A stretch of DNA of 64,000 nucleotides from Peribolospora baueri (Eukaryota), in assembly GCA_029717555.1 (NCBI GenBank), contig JAMDHS010000055.1, positions 1-64,000 of the forward strand, in the 5' to 3' direction. Shown piece by piece: positions 50,575-64,000 of this stretch. The translations under genes and the position numbers were made by a program. The notes beneath the pieces are model-generated. The model ran no database searches and was not told where the DNA came from. It saw only the letters and a list, made by a program, of their open reading frames with translations. Position 1 is the first letter of the stretch. The number at the start of each line of letters is the position of its first letter.

Positions 50575-53500
50575 TCAAGCAAGGGGCACATCGTCAACGG
50601 CCACGTCGTAGCTTCCGACGCGCGGGCGACAGCGAGCGGCCGTTCAACGTAAGTTCGGTCGGTTCCATCGAGCAGTTGATGGGCGATCGGATATAAAGGT
50701 TATACGGCGGATACAAGCGCAAGGTCGGGTCAGCTCATGTGCGTGCCAGCCGGCGGAATCCTGGATCGACGCCGCCGTTCCGCCCCTTCGGCATCGGGGC
50801 GGAAGCAGCGGTGCAAAGGACGACGACGGCCACTCAGCCAGGGCTCACCGATGTGGCAAGTGACAGCTGAGCATGTTCGTTGAAAAGACAATCTGACCAA
50901 ACACGTCTCTCAGATCCGCTCCCTCTCGCACTCGGAACAGTCTACGGCCGGCCTCGGCCTGCCGTGTCCCGGTCGTACCTCCGGAGCTTGGGCTGGTGGC
51001 GACGCCGCTCAGAGAGGCCTGCAAATCTTGAGGTTCGAGGAGGAGGAAGATGTCGCCGGGGGGGAAGAGGTGCGTCGACCGCATGTTCGCTTCCAGCCTC
51101 TTGCGCACCGAGACGAACTGCAAGCCGAGCCGGGCCCGGTGTGTCATAATCTCAGCCAGTCAGTCCGCCCGTTCATCAGCGCACGGGCCACCGAGTAACG
51201 AAACAATAGAAAACGGCGACCCAACAGCACATACGCACCCACTGCTCTTCATTTCTCTTCCTGTCCCACATCCCCTGCCCATCCAGCTGCCCGCCGAGGT
51301 ACTGGAAAGCGCGAGTGGTAAGATCCGTCATCCGCACAGAGTTCGATGGGCCCGCGGCGTCGCCGTCACTGCCACCCGTCTGATTCTCTTGGTTCTCGGC
51401 GGCGGAACCGCCAGAGCTCCGCGTCTCGCTCTGACGATCCTCGAAACAGAGCCACGCGCAGGCGTTTCGAATGTCCAGCACAGCGCCAAGGCTGAGCCGG
51501 CTGACGACGTCGTACGAATACACAAAGCTGGTGATCAGTCCCCTCGAGCGCGCACTCAGGTTCTGCGTCGTCACGCACGGCGGGGCGAAGCACCATGCGT
51601 GGACGGGCTTGCCCGCTGGGAGGCCGCTCGAGCGTGTCGTCAGTTGGGTCTCTGGGTCCGCCCACATGAGCGCTAGGAGCGCGGCTAAGCCCGCGCCGAG
51701 GGAGTGACCGACGATTTCCAAACCTGACGAATCCCATGGATGGATGGCGACGGCGCCGCGACGTAGCGCAGCGCAAACAGAGGTAGCGATGTAGTCAGCA
51801 CCCAATGACGCACGCCAGAAACCGAAAAAAATTAAGAACGCAAGCCGTTAAATTAAAAGGTGAGACAGAGTGAGACAGATTGGAAAAAAATGAAAACGTA
51901 AAACGAATTGATGATTATAAAATCAGATAAGATAAAGATGATGGACATGAGGCCAAATTTAAGTTAGAATTAAATGAAGTAAAGATAAATAAGATAAAAC
52001 AGACAGGACGGCAAGGCTCACCGTATCCCTCGTTCTTCATCAACGCCCTCGCCACCGCCCGAGTTACAGGCCGCCTCCGGCCTCCAATTTCTCGCGCCGT
52101 GGCATAAATCCCCTCGTGTACGAGCTGCTCCTCCTCTTTGCCAAGAGAGACGCCCGCGCCGCCCGCCGCTTCGTCGCGTCCGGACCTCGTGTTAGCCGTT
52201 CGACTGTGGCGGTTCCGTCGCCCTTGCTCCTCCATGGGGACGCTCTCGCAGGTGAGGTCGACGGCGAGGTCGCCCAGGCTCATGGTGCCTCGCAGTACGA
52301 GAACGATCGTCCGGCGAGCATGGTCGGTGACGACGTCTAAAGGAAGCGAGGCAGTGGTAGAGCTCCGGTCAGATGAACGACAAAGCCATGCAGCGGTTCA
52401 CGTCAAGTGGACGCGGACGCGCCACGCCATCCATGGGCGAATGGACGGACGGTCGAGATGGATTGGATCACTCACAATACCTCGGACGGCTTGGCGCAAC
52501 TGTGCCCTCCCTTCCCTCTCTCACCTCCCTTCTCCCTCCGTGCCCTCCTTTCTCTGCTCCCGGAGGACCTTCGCGTTCCTCTGCACCGCGCCTCAGAAGC
52601 ACCCTCTCCATCCTCGCATCGTCGTAGCTGCCTGCGTGCGCCGCTCCACTTTCAAGTCCGCCGAGGCGGTGGAGCAAGTCGTCGTCGTGTCGGCCGCGGA
52701 GGAGATCTAGGAAGGAGTAGGTCGTGCTTCCTTGGCCTGGACTTGGCCCATCTCTAGGAGACGCAGTAGCGGGGGAGGTGGTAGCGTCAACGGGGGCCGC
52801 GGTGGGCTCCGCAGTATCTGGCGCTTCCACCGGAGCTTGTCCATCTCGCTCTGCTTCGGCCTGCACCAGCACGGCGCCGCCGGCTTCCTCGTCCCTCTCC
52901 TCCTCCCAGCCCGGATACGCGCCCGGCATCGCCCCGCGGCTCGTTCGTCTTCGAGGTGCACAAGCTAAGGCGTCCAGGAACTCTCGCTCGTCCGCGCGCG
53001 CGCTCACTGCTGGTGGACCCTCCTGGCTCGCCTCCGCCTCTGTTATTGCCGTCGCAGGCTCGTGTGATGCACCGGTGCCTGAAGAAAGTCGAGAAGCCAT
53101 AGAGGCAGGCGTCGCCGCCTGTGCTTGGGAGTCTGCCGAATCCAGCCAATCGACCAAGGTGGGCAAGGGGACGCCGAAGAACAACAGCCCCACTCCGCCA
53201 TAGACGCCCAACACGAGCTTGGAGTACTGCTTGAAGCGGCCAATAGCCTGGGACACCGTCAACGGCCCGGCAGGGCGTACCGAAGTTGTCGACTGGCCTC
53301 GTCCGCTTACCGACGTTGACTCGGGCGGTGCGGGTTCGGAAGATGCTGAGATCTCGGCGTCGATAATGTCTCCCTCGTCAGCCGGAAGGTGTTCTTCTCG
53401 CGTGATCCTTACTGAACCCGTTTGGGAAGGCGGAGGAGAGGTAGGTGCAAGTCCTCGACCAGGAGCAGTTCCACCCTGAGCGGGTTCGCCGGCATCGGCG

Positions 53501-54495
53501 GCGGCGGCGGATGGCGGCGACAGGGACACCTCGTCGAGTTGGCGGAGCATCTTTTCCTCAGTGTACCTCCGCGTGACGAGCTGCACCGCCACCCAGGCGA
53601 CGATAGCGCGGGTGACGGTGAACGTCGAATAGGCAGGGAGACCTCCGGGGGGAAGATCTGGGGAGTCGGGATTCCATTCGCGTCTTGTTATCGTCATGGA
53701 AAAAAGAGCAAAAGTGAGGATGGGGGACTCGCGGCCGAAGTTCATGTACGGCGACGACGCCACTCACTTGACGAGCGCCCCGAACGTGCTTAAGCTCTTC
53801 AGCACTTCGCTGCCCAACAGCCTCCTGAGGCCCTCCACACCACTACTGGCGGCGGTGAGACCGCCGCTGGTCAAGCTAGCGGCGAGGTCGATAGACCCGA
53901 GAGCGAGAAAGTCGACCGCGTCAAAAAGACCCCCAACCGCCTTTCGCATCGCTGAGCTGCTCGGTCCGCCTCCAAGGGAAGAGTCCGTGGACGCCAGGCC
54001 GAAAGTGTGGTCAGCGAACGCGAAAGGTGCCTGGATGAGAGCGGACGTGACGCCACGGGCGAGACGGAGGCCAAAGTGCGTGCCCAGGCGGGCGGCGGTA
54101 AAGCCGGTAGAAGATGCCGCGTTGACGAGCGAAAGCGATTGCTGGGCCCTGTCAAGGTCGAATGCGCGGGCCGGACCGATGGCAGAGTCCCGGAGGACGG
54201 TCGGCACGGTGTGCGGTGCCGGAGGAGACAGGGATGGGCCGGCAACCGTGGTGGGTGAGATTCCTATGGTTTCTTCCACTCCTTGCTCTCCGCCATCGTC
54301 GTGGCCGCTCCGACGGACCTCGTCGTCCTCGGTGGCGAAAACCATAGACGAGGGTACTTCAGAGGCGGCGACGGCGTCGGCCAACTGGAACTGCTCGGCC
54401 TCGGTGACGTCGTCCTGGCCTTGTTGCAGCCCCTGTTCCTGTTCCTGTTCTTGTTCGTGGGTCCTGGGTTGCTCTTGAGGGTATATCTGGGTCAT
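50575..54495 (-). CDS. Class 3 lipase (alpha/beta hydrolase, DAG-lipase-like) with a long N-terminal extension
   Basis: IVLVLRGTMSLGDLAVDL, VHEG, IVGHSLGAG (GxSxG), CFAPP, YDVVSRLS, HLPH/RYD. The final exon is approximate. Confidence 0.88.
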
Positions 54496-54956
54496 CTTGA
54501 GAGCGGGGAAGGAGATGGAGGTGGAAGGAGAACAGCGGGGTTCGAATCGAGACTGGATTCTGTGACGGGTGCCGATCACGCGCGTCAGGCACACAACCCG
54601 CGGGGATCGACGTAAAAGTGCCTGATAGAGAAGGCCAAGGGCAGTTCCAAGCAAGTCGCATCGAGCACCCGTTCTTCAACCTCCATATATGCGGTAGGTA
54701 GGTAGGTAAGTGAGTTAAACGGGATACGGACACGACCGGGCGTCCTTTGGTTGCATTGAGGGCCCTTGTCGGAGTCGCGTCGAGGCTAGTCGATGGACCT
54801 ACCATTGAGAGTCCAACGTGGGAGACGTGTCATTCGTGGAGTTGTGGGTACTCGAATGAATTACACATGGACGAGTGCTGGAGCGATGGCACAATACATG
54901 ACCACAGATGAGACATTATGACGAGAGCGAAACGCACACGTACACCAAGGCGCTTC

Positions 54957-54984
<28 letters not shown>
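54957..54984. repeat. T28 homopolymer (A28 on the minus strand)
   Basis: Directly visible. Confidence 0.9.
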
Positions 54985-54988
<4 letters not shown>

Positions 54989-55614
54989 GTTCCGGCTCGG
55001 TCGTTCAGCGTCACCGTGCGCCGGGGACGATCGTCAGGCTTGATTACCCACGACTTCTCGAGCAATCCCTCGCTTCTTCTTCCTCGGCCTCGGCGTCTCC
55101 TCGGCGTTCTCTCCTTCCGAGACATCCTCCTCCTCCTCCACAGAACGTTTGCAAAAATTGCGGACGGCCCCTTTCCAGCGTTCTTCGTAGTCGTCGCCGT
55201 CGGGATGAGGACGCTGTGGCTTTATACGACCTCTGGAGTGGGTAGCCTGCTCCCGGAGCGCCCACCTAGAAGCCACCGCCGAAGCACGCTCAGCCGATCA
55301 AGGGCGCCCCGAACTCGAGCAACATGTGGAACGTCAGCGGTCGCTGCAGTCGCAACAACTGCACTCGTCTGCATATCTGCACCGAATGTGGAGGCCACGC
55401 CCGGCCAATCTCTGTGGCTGTTCCGTCATAAAACAAGACCAGAGACCGGCGTCGCGCTCAGCCGTGGCGCCTCAAAAATGAGCGGTTTCGGATCAAGACG
55501 CCTTACCAGCCAGTGTCTTCTATGCAGCTCCGTTCCCGCGACGGCTTGTTGCTTCGCCTTCATCACTTCATCCCCCCTCCCTGCCTTTTCCCCAATGGGA
55601 CCGCTTGCAAGCCG

Positions 55615-55713
55615 GCCATGGCGCAGAAGTCCAAGCAGGTTATTAACGAAGACGAACTCGGGATAGCCGGCAAAAAATGCTTTCCAAGCCAGCAGACGAA
55701 AAGTGGTAGGCAT
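55615..55713 (-). mobile_element. Possible relic of a DIRS/Ngaro-type retrotransposon, region just upstream of the RT
   Basis: LLAWKAFFAGYPEFVFVNNLLGLLRHG resembles the W...L..YP...FV..L....HG motif preceding RT in fungal tyrosine-recombinase retroelements. No RT core follows. Confidence 0.35.
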
Positions 55714-56533
55714 GGCAGGTTAAGTGATGAGATCCAAGTGCGGGCACCGTATCTGCTGTCCCGCTCGTCCCGCTCGCTAGCGAGCTCGCGCTCTGCTCAT
55801 CGTCTCCCGCTTGCAGGAGGCTCCCCCAGCGCTCCTCCTCTAGCAGAGGCGCCTTCGCTCCCGGCGCCCGAGAGCTTATCAACCTTGGGGAATTTCCGCT
55901 GGAAGACCTTCCCCGCCACGGCGATGCCGACGCCTGGGCCCGTGTTCTCCTAGCGTTGCCCCGCCCTTGCTCTCCCGCGCACCCCAATACCCAGTCACGC
56001 GCGTGCGGAAAGTGCAATAAAAGGAAGAAGGATGAAGGAAGGCGGGTGGGTGGCGTTTGATCGGAGCTCCATATTTCTAAAAAGAGGCGTGTCCTGACCA
56101 GTCTGGACACTTGGCCAAAGACCAGACGAAGAGGGCCGCAGGAATAAAAGAGCGGGACAAAGAAGACGCAAGGTGGGGGCAAGCAGAAGGGCGATAGCGT
56201 TAGTCCTCCTGTGCCAGAGAAAACGAAAAGTGCGATTTGCGTCGTGGAAGCGTTGCTCGATGAAGGAGGGAGAAAGATAAGACTTGGAGCTGGTTATGAA
56301 AAAAAACATCCACGGTTCAAAGGGCTTGAATACAACATTGAATAAAGCATCATTACAAGCCCTGTACAACTTTCAACCTCGCTGCCGCAGCGTTTCGACC
56401 ACTTCGCCCTTCACCTGCAGCACTCAATCCTCGTCCTCGAGCAGAAGTAGTGCCATCCCATAGACTATATCCGACCCACCGCCACTGGAGCAAGCTCTCG
56501 TTTAGCAGATACTCCACCGGTAAGCGAGCCAGC

Positions 56534-57518
56534 ATGTCTCCGACTAGTATTTCCAGCACCGGTGCCTCCGGGTGAGTCTCTCCAACCAGGCGACACGCAT
56601 GATGTCGTCGTTCTCCCTTCTCTCTTCTTGGCCAGTCGTGGGAGAGGAAGGCGGGGTTGCGCCAGAAGAAGCTGAACTCTCTCCTTTACTTCACCTCACG
56701 GTTACATGAGCAGCGACCACATTTCGGGAAATCGGAGGATCACGCCGTGGGAGAAGAAGGTGGAGAAGAGGAAGAAGGAGGAGGCCATCAAGGCATTGGA
56801 AAGGGAGATGAGGGAGGAGAAGGAGGCCGAGAAGCAGCGGTGGGTTCTTTTATTTTGCGGTCCGGTTTGGCCAGCGAGTTTTCTTTTCGTCTGTTTGGCC
56901 TTGGAGCCAACGACCATGTTGGAAGGGAACGCCGCTCGCTCTCTTACGAACTTGTTGGCTGACTTCTTCTGTTCTACGCTCTGCGGCCCCGATCCGTTTC
57001 TCTTCCCTTCTTCATCTTCCGCGTCTCCACACACGGAAAGACGCAAAGATATTACGAAAGAACGTAAAGAAAGGGCAGAAGAAAAGGCTAGGATGGAGAT
57101 GATGGCTGCGAAGGTGAGCGTCCCTTCATCCGTCTCGCTCTCCTTCTCCATTTCTGCGATGAGACGGACGACAAGGGAGGCTGCTTGGACCTTGCGGTCT
57201 CGTGCTCACGCAACTATCTGTACGCCATCATATTTTCAAACTTGACCTTCCAACGACTTTACCATTGCAACTTCTCTCCAACGCCGGCTCTCTTGACCCG
57301 TTCCATCATCCGTCAACAGATGAGCGCGAAACGACTCCAGCGAAAGATGAAGAAGCTCAACAAGTCGGGGAAGAAGTGCGTCTTTCCTTCTCTTCTTTCC
57401 ATTTGTCTGACCCTCACTTGCCTTCCTCCTCTCATTCTGTCAGTCTCTCTGATGTGCTGTCTTTTTTTCTGTTCTTCTGCTTCCGCTTCTTCTCTACAGG
57501 GTCGCTCATCGCACGTAG
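56534..57518 (+). CDS. CGR1: rRNA-processing protein Cgr1
   Basis: TPWEKKVEKRKKEEAIKALEREMREEKEAEKQR/RKDITKERKERAEEKARMEMMAAK/MSAKRLQRKMKK. The first exon is tentative. Confidence 0.85.
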
Positions 57519-57698
57519 ACATCCAGTTTCGATGCCCCTCTCCTTTCCCTCTCGTCTCCCGTCTTTGTCCTTGTATTTTAGAGTGTGACTCCTATGGTAC
57601 CAAGCTTCATTCGAAGAAAATGGTTACTTCTCCGCGCTCGCATTGGGTATACGCAGTGCTTTCTCTGTCCAAATCATAACAACCAGCACGATCGAACA

Positions 57699-60600
57699 TC
57701 AAATGTCCCACTCCCTCACATCCTCCTTCTCCCCCACAAATGGCTTCCCGAGGGCCACCACAGCGCCCTCACACCGCGGACACGCGTTCGCGACGAGCCT
57801 GTCCAGCTCGTCCTTCAGCTTCTCCAGCCTCTCTTCCTTCGCACATCCCTTCTTCCTGCCGCCCGCATCCGCGTCCCTCATCCCACCGCCCCTCACGAGA
57901 GCCCCCGCAGCCTCCAGCTTTGCCTTCTCCCCACCCACCATCGCCTTCGATGGGATGCCCACTCCAGCCCCGATAGCGGCAACGAGGCGCTCTGGGATGA
58001 TTAGCTCCCGGATCCGCTCTAGTCCTTGCACCGTTGCCACCGCCCCTCGTCCGAACCCGCTTCCGCCGCTCACGCCAGGAACAAGGGACGCATAGGAAGG
58101 GGGAAGCGTGGAGGCGCCAGTCGTCTCGCGTGAGAGGGATTCTTGAAGTTCGAGGATGCGACGAAGCAGGTGTTGAGACATGTTTTGGGTCGCCTGCGTG
58201 GTATGCATGGAACATGGGGCGCCAATTCATCAGTCAATCGGTGAGTCAATCAAGACAGGACGAGAAAGAGTGGAGGAGCGCGTCGGTCTCGCGATAGCGA
58301 ACAGTTCGGCTTACCTCGGTGATGAGACAATCAGCATGGAAAGCATGCTGGCACGAAAACGCGTAGAACTGCCTGCTGAGCAGGCCGACCTGGCAGATCT
58401 CGCATTTCTCGCTCGCCTCGACGATGACGAATCGCCGAGAGAGCCGTCGGATGTCCTCCTTGATACTCTCCGCGCTCCGCGTTGCTTCGTCCATCTCCTC
58501 TTTCAAGCTGTCAATGTGTGCCGAGTAGTCCTCAAGCGCGGTGCAGATCTCGTCTTTGAAGTCGTCGATAACAACAAAATCGGGGAAGAAGGGAAGAATG
58601 TCTTCAACTTTGAGCAGGTCCGTCGTTTCGAGAAAACGCATCGCGCTACATGTGGAAGAAATGAACGCCCAAGGATCGGTGAGCCATACTGATGCACACT
58701 AGACGAAACTGGGACGGACAAGCCCTACTCACGTCTTGATGTCTCCCTTGCTTTGTACAACGTACTTGGCAATTTCAAGCCAGAGCTTCTTCCTTACCCC
58801 CTCGTCGTCCTCCACCTTATCTGCACTGATCCTCGCCAGCTCCACGTCACCCTGCTTCAGAGCGAGGTCTACAGCGCATTCGTGAAGGCCCATCTTGCTG
58901 TAGATAAGCACGCATGCTTGCATCTTTCCGTTCGATGCGCATGTTCGAAGTGCGTAGTCCAGGTCGTAGTACGGTTGACCCGTGACTGGGTTTGTGGGTG
59001 AAGTGGAGATGAAGCGTAACAGAGGTCCCTCCCCAGACGGGCCCTCCGCTGCGTCCAAGGATTCGGCCGGCAGAGTGGCGTACAGAGCGAGAAGGTAGTT
59101 GTGAATGGAAGGGTCCTCGTTGGCTTGTCGCGTGACCACATGCTGCAGGTATCGTACGCCTTGGTGTATTGGAGAACCATCCTCATCGCGGCGGTACTGG
59201 AGGAGGGAAGGGATGAGCAGACGCGGGTTCAATCGCGGTTGCTTGATCCACGCCTCCACCGTCTCCTGAGGCGCGTTCCGCATCAGAGAGGGACCGAATT
59301 TGTAGTACAGCGCCAATGAGCTCTGTCCCGATAATTTCAGGTCATTCGAGTGAGCACGGGGCCGAAGGCATCAGCATAGAGACCAAGGGTATCATGGATA
59401 CAAGTAAGGGCCATGGGGCCCACCTGACGGTTAAGAACATCGATCGCCTTCGTCCACTCCGCCTCCTGGATCCAATGTCGCACTACCCGCTCCAGATCCC
59501 CGATGACGGTAGCGTAGTGAAGCAGAATGTCTGTTCGACCGTGTCGTGAGATGAGGCCGAGGACCGTTTTCTTATCAAGGTTATCCTGATCGAAGGAGAG
59601 TACGAACGGGCAAATACTTGCATCAGCTTAATCGCCCGATTGTGCGCTAGCCAAACAAGGCAACGTGTGCATACCTTGTACGTGAGCAAGAAGTGTCTTA
59701 ATTCTTCTTCGAGCATGTCCTGTTCAATTCGTAAATTCTCGACATCTTGACTCGCCGCTTCAGAAGATGCGATGTCTTCGAGCTGATTGATCTTGCTCAG
59801 GTAAATCTCGACCAGCCACGTTGCCAGCATCATACGTTGGGTGATATCCTAAAGGAAGAATCAGGGAATGGAAGACATAGGGTGAGTGTGAGTCGGTCCA
59901 GTGCCAGAGCTCAATACTTTTCCTTCCATAGTCTCCGGCCCTACACTTACCGACTTTCGCAGGCGCTCTAATCGCGCGACCATATAATACCGCAACGCAT
60001 CTCGCTCGTCGAGGTCGACAAACTTGAGCACGACCTCCTCGAAACTTCTCGTCACGCTCTGCGCGTAGCATTGTGCGGCTTGGATGTATCGACCTTTGGC
60101 AAAGAAGTCGTCCGCTCGGGAGGAGAGGACGATGTCCCTTTGTCTTGGGGTCTAGGAGCAAACAAAAGTAAAGTAAAAATAGGTGTGATGGTTTAAGGGA
60201 CAGGCGAGAGTACGCGATGCTCACCTTGGTATAGCGCAGGGCCTCCTCGTGCATCCCTTTCTCGAGGTAGATGCGCCAGACATCACGATCTTCGTCATGT
60301 ACCACGAGCTCGAAAATTGAAGAATCAGTGTACAGCCAATACGTCCTCTTGATAGGGTCTACTGCGAGAGACAGGACTCGTTCGTTCGGGCCCTTCTCAC
60401 AAAGCGTATAGGGAGAATGTCAGGACCAGCAAGGAACAATCTGAGAGCGGACTGTCAGCAAGAGCTCACCAGCGGTAGCGGCTCCTCGAACACGACGCTA
60501 TCGTCTAGGTTGCAGATACCCATGATCCGATCCCGATACAGAAGCAAGAAATGAAACTCAGTGAGAGCGATGCTGAGCGGGATCTCTGTGATGTGGTTGG

Positions 60601-62096
60601 CAACGCCGTCTGGAGAGGCCGGATGGGGTGGATGTTCGGTCGCGGGGTAAGGAAGGAGGTTGGCCGAATCGATCACAGAGTCGCCAATGTCAGCTGACGG
60701 CGGGAAGGTCACCAGACCGTGGTAAATTCCAGGTCCTGTAAAACAGAAAGTATGAAGCGAGTGAGCAGGATGAGCAACGCTGTCGCTCTGGGAAGACACA
60801 CAAAGAGCGACCCACCGGTCAGCCACGCCAATGCTCTTGGCGGTACCAGGGCTTGTTGTTGAACGTCCCTAGCGAGAGGAGACCAGAAGTGAAGTTCGCT
60901 ATAGGGCACATCGCCTGGAAGTTCCGATTCTGCAAGCCAGGGCGTGAAACAAAGGGTGGTTCATGGATAAGATAAAAAGGAAAGCCCTGCACGGCAGAGA
61001 CGACTGGAACAGTACGCTTACTCAAGTTGGGTACCGCGTCATGATATGGCTCGAAGAGCCTGTCAAACCATCCTCCGACGGTGTCCTCGCCCTCCCCGCT
61101 TCTCTTGCCGCCCACCTCGCCAACGAACTCATAGATGCGCGTGCTGGTAGTCACAATCACCACAGCCTTGTTTCGCTCTCCCGGAAAGAGCTCGTATCGA
61201 AGGCCAGTGATGGCTTGGCGTTCTGCTAGGGTGAAAACGGGCTTGAGGTACCGATCCTCTCGCTCGAAGAAGCGATCGGAAGAAGAGAGGACGGCCTCAT
61301 AGATCATTCCGTTGCGCGTGCCGATAAGGATCTCTCTCGTAGTCGTCGCCGCCCCTGGAGCCATCGAGGCCGCCTTGTTCCAAGCAATGCTCTCGATCGC
61401 CGTTCCTTTGAGCCTTCCTAGCGGCTTCGCCTTCTTCCACCCCGCTCCAGCAGCCAAATAGAAATTTTCGCCCTGATGTGTCGTAATAACCAGATGCCGG
61501 CTGAGAGGATCGGTGAAGATTTTGTACGGCGTCACCTCGCCAGGCTTCCGTGGAATGTCGGCTTCGTCGATCACTTCGGGGTTGCCAAGGTCGATGCGGA
61601 CTATGCGGACGACGCGATTCGAAGCTAGCACCATGGTAATGATATTGTTCGAGACGAGAAGGCAGACGAGAGGAGCTGGCAACGCATATTGCACCCGTCC
61701 CAGTTCAAAGATTGGAGACGTTGGAAGGGAAGGCTCAAGGCTGGAGACGTATCCGGTCTCGAGCTGTAGGACGCGAAAGGAATGCGGGCACGCTGGTGAG
61801 CGGCCTATAGGCACCGGAAACCTGTCGATCAAGCCCAAATTCATGCTCACCGCCTTCACTGGGTCGACAGATTCTACAGGCAAAAACCGTCCGGCCATAC
61901 CCGCGCTATCCATACCTGCGTCCTCGAACCCGTAATACGGCATGGCCTGCTGAGGCCCGACGCGAGGCCGGGGCGTATCGCCGGCATGTTGCACGAATCT
62001 TCAGGTGAGGTGGAAGTGGTGGCCAATGAGCCTAGTTACTTAAGGTCCTAGTGCAGCACCAGTGTGGCAACACGGAAAGACTCACTCGTCGAACAT
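57699..62096 (-). CDS. PEP3: Vacuolar protein sorting 18 (HOPS/CORVET subunit)
   Basis: MFDE/..., beta-propeller region, EDRDVWRIYL, SFEEVVLKF, MLATWLVEIYLSKIN, YYDLDYALR, LKVEDILPFFPDFVVIDDFKDEIC, RING CEIC..CQHAFHADC..CPRC. Confidence 0.96.
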
Positions 62097-62328
62097 GAGC
62101 GGCGTCTGTCTACGAAGCACTGCAGGCTTGGGCGTTGGCTGTTAGGAAACGGAAGGGGAAGGCGTTGCTCGCGGACAAGGTCGTGCGCCGATCAGGCTGC
62201 ACGTGACAGTTGCAATGGAGCGCTTGCCAGCTAACTTACAATATCACTCCCTCCTCATCAACTTCTCGCAGGCACTTGCTCGCAACCCCAAGCCAATACC
62301 TGAGTCTGCACATAAGGGGAGCATAAGT

Positions 62329-63569
62329 ATGGCGGATCTCGTTGGAATACCACCAATAACCAAAGCGTGGGCCGTGTCCGCATTGGCCGCCTCGGTCGCC
62401 GTGGTGAGTAGATTGTCTGGCTAGGCGGGGTGCGATGTGGTGTGCTGAGGAATCGCCGCATAAATCGTCACTTGTCTGACGCTGGGTACAATCTCTATCT
62501 TTTCCTGGCTCACGCTTGAAAGCAATGCGACATCATCACTCCTTTCCAACTGTTCTTCACTTGGAAGGCCGTGTTGGAGAGAGGTCAGGTGAGCATGACT
62601 GTCGTCTTCCCGTCAGTAGTAGCAGAGACTCTTCTCGCCCTTGCTAATAACTTGTGCCTGTCTTCTTTTCACGTTTACTTGATTTGTAGTTCTGGAGGAT
62701 TATTACGACCTTTATCTACTTCGGTCCACTCTCTCTCGACTTTATATTCCACCTGTTTTTCTTGTGAGTGTCCTCTGGAGCCACCCGCAATTTTCGTTCT
62801 TGCTTACCGTTTCGTAAAATTCGTTGCAGCATGCGGTACTCTCGAATGCTGGAAGAAAACTCGTATGCGAATCGAAGAGCAGATTATGTGTGGCTTCTCT
62901 TCGTGTCTTCCGTTATCTTGCTTGTGAGTCCTTGACGAGTGTTCGAGTCCTCACGCGCAAGCTGGAGATCGAGTTATCCTCCTGGCATCCGAATAAATTT
63001 TTCTCACTTTTTTGTTTTCTCACAGCTTCTCTCTCCGATTCTCCCTACTGCCCTTCCCTTCCTAGGTTCCTCCCTAGCCTTCACACTCGTTTACCTGTGG
63101 TCGCGAAGACATCCGCACGTCCGTCTCTCCCTCTTCGGAATTCTCGTCATTTCGGCCCCTTACCTTCCTTGGGCACTCGTTGGATTTAGCTGGATCTTGA
63201 GCGGGAAGTGGAGCGCCGTAGTGGGTGATTTGGCAGGTGTCGCGGCGGGGCATATCTGTGAGTACACTTCTCCTTACAGGATTTTTGTGTTGCGCCGCTG
63301 CACTTACTCTGGTGCTGAGTTGTTCTTGTCTCTGATTCATACCTGATCATATTCCGCATTTTGCATCTCTCGCTTTGCAGACTACTTCCTCGTCGAAATC
63401 TGGCCGAAAGAGCGTCGAAGCGGCGGGCGAAACCTGCTAGCTACGCCGCGTATTGTGTAAGTTCTCGCTTTCAGCATTGCTCAATCTAATTTTGCAGAGC
63501 CACCCAGTTTATATGTCCGGCGTTTGGACTCGTCTTGCCCACAGAACGCGAATGATAGATGGTCGCTAG
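62329..63569 (+). CDS. DER1: Derlin (ERAD rhomboid-like membrane protein)
   Basis: IPPITKAW, Q/FWRIITTFIYFG, RYSRMLEE, VYLWSRRHP, APYLPW, GVAAGHI/YYFL. Confidence 0.94.
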
Positions 63570-63794
63570 AATGCGTTGCGTCAGCAAGCGCACCGACGCC
63601 CCCTTCCCCGGTCTTTTCTGGTCATCCTGCTTTTCACTTCCGCAGTACATAAGGGCTTCGTTTCTCTGTCTTGTGCATCATAATCATATACCACCAGTCC
63701 GACGCATCAATTGAACAGATCGTGTTCACTTCCGTGTACTCAAGCGCCCATGTCAAAATAACGTACATATAAAGCCAACGATGATGTCGCGATC

Positions 63795-64000
63795 TCAGAG
63801 GTCCTTGCGAGGCTTTTTCTTCGGCTTGAATTTCGCCCCACCTGTTCCCATCCCTCCGGACAGGCCGCCGGCGTCGCTAGCACCCCTTGTCGCCTGCTCA
63901 AATGCGGCGGTCGCAGATCCCATACGCTTTTTGTTTGACTTTCGGTCACCGGCGCTTCCCAGAGCCCCACCTTTGTGTTCAGCCTTGTTCGACGTAGGAG
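63795..64000 (-). CDS. 3' end of an unidentified gene with a basic, Gly-rich C-terminus (partial)
   Basis: Open frame ...RKSNKKRMGSATAAFEQATRG...GGAKFKPKKKPRKDL* entering from the window edge. Confidence 0.55.
   Translation of the reverse strand, partial: PTSNKAEHKGGALGSAGDRKSNKKRMGSATAAFEQATRGASDAGGLSGGMGTGGAKFKPKKKPRKDL

Noticed and set aside
62935..62960. GTTCGAGTCC B-box-like motif in a DER1 intron
   Set aside because: No cloverleaf or acceptor stem; not a tRNA.

Overview
Intron-rich eukaryotic DNA with GT-AG introns and CTGAC/CTAAC branch points. It is most consistent with a basidiomycete fungus, probably a yeast-like tremellomycete (inference). Recognisable genes: NGL2-like exonuclease, a Methyltransf_16-type methyltransferase, a long coiled-coil protein, YHM2 mitochondrial carrier, two single-pass membrane proteins, KU80, a cytochrome P450, mitochondrial ClpP, a PIG-Y-like subunit, cyclophilin-40, a class 3 lipase, CGR1, PEP3/VPS18 and a Derlin. 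Unusual items: (1) a ~5.8 kb mosaic of intron-retaining broken gene fragments at the left end; (2) KU80 ends early at an apparent 1-nt frameshift next to a C25 run; (3) an accessory-looking block between KU80 and CLPP holds a transposon-like repeat array, an unannotated 5-exon orphan gene with a Cys/His cluster, a nested TA-flanked MITE and a P450; (4) sharply bounded microsatellite-rich domains; (5) a possible DIRS-type retroelement relic. No complete novel system can be demonstrated from sequence alone. All gene models were spliced by eye, so boundaries are approximate.
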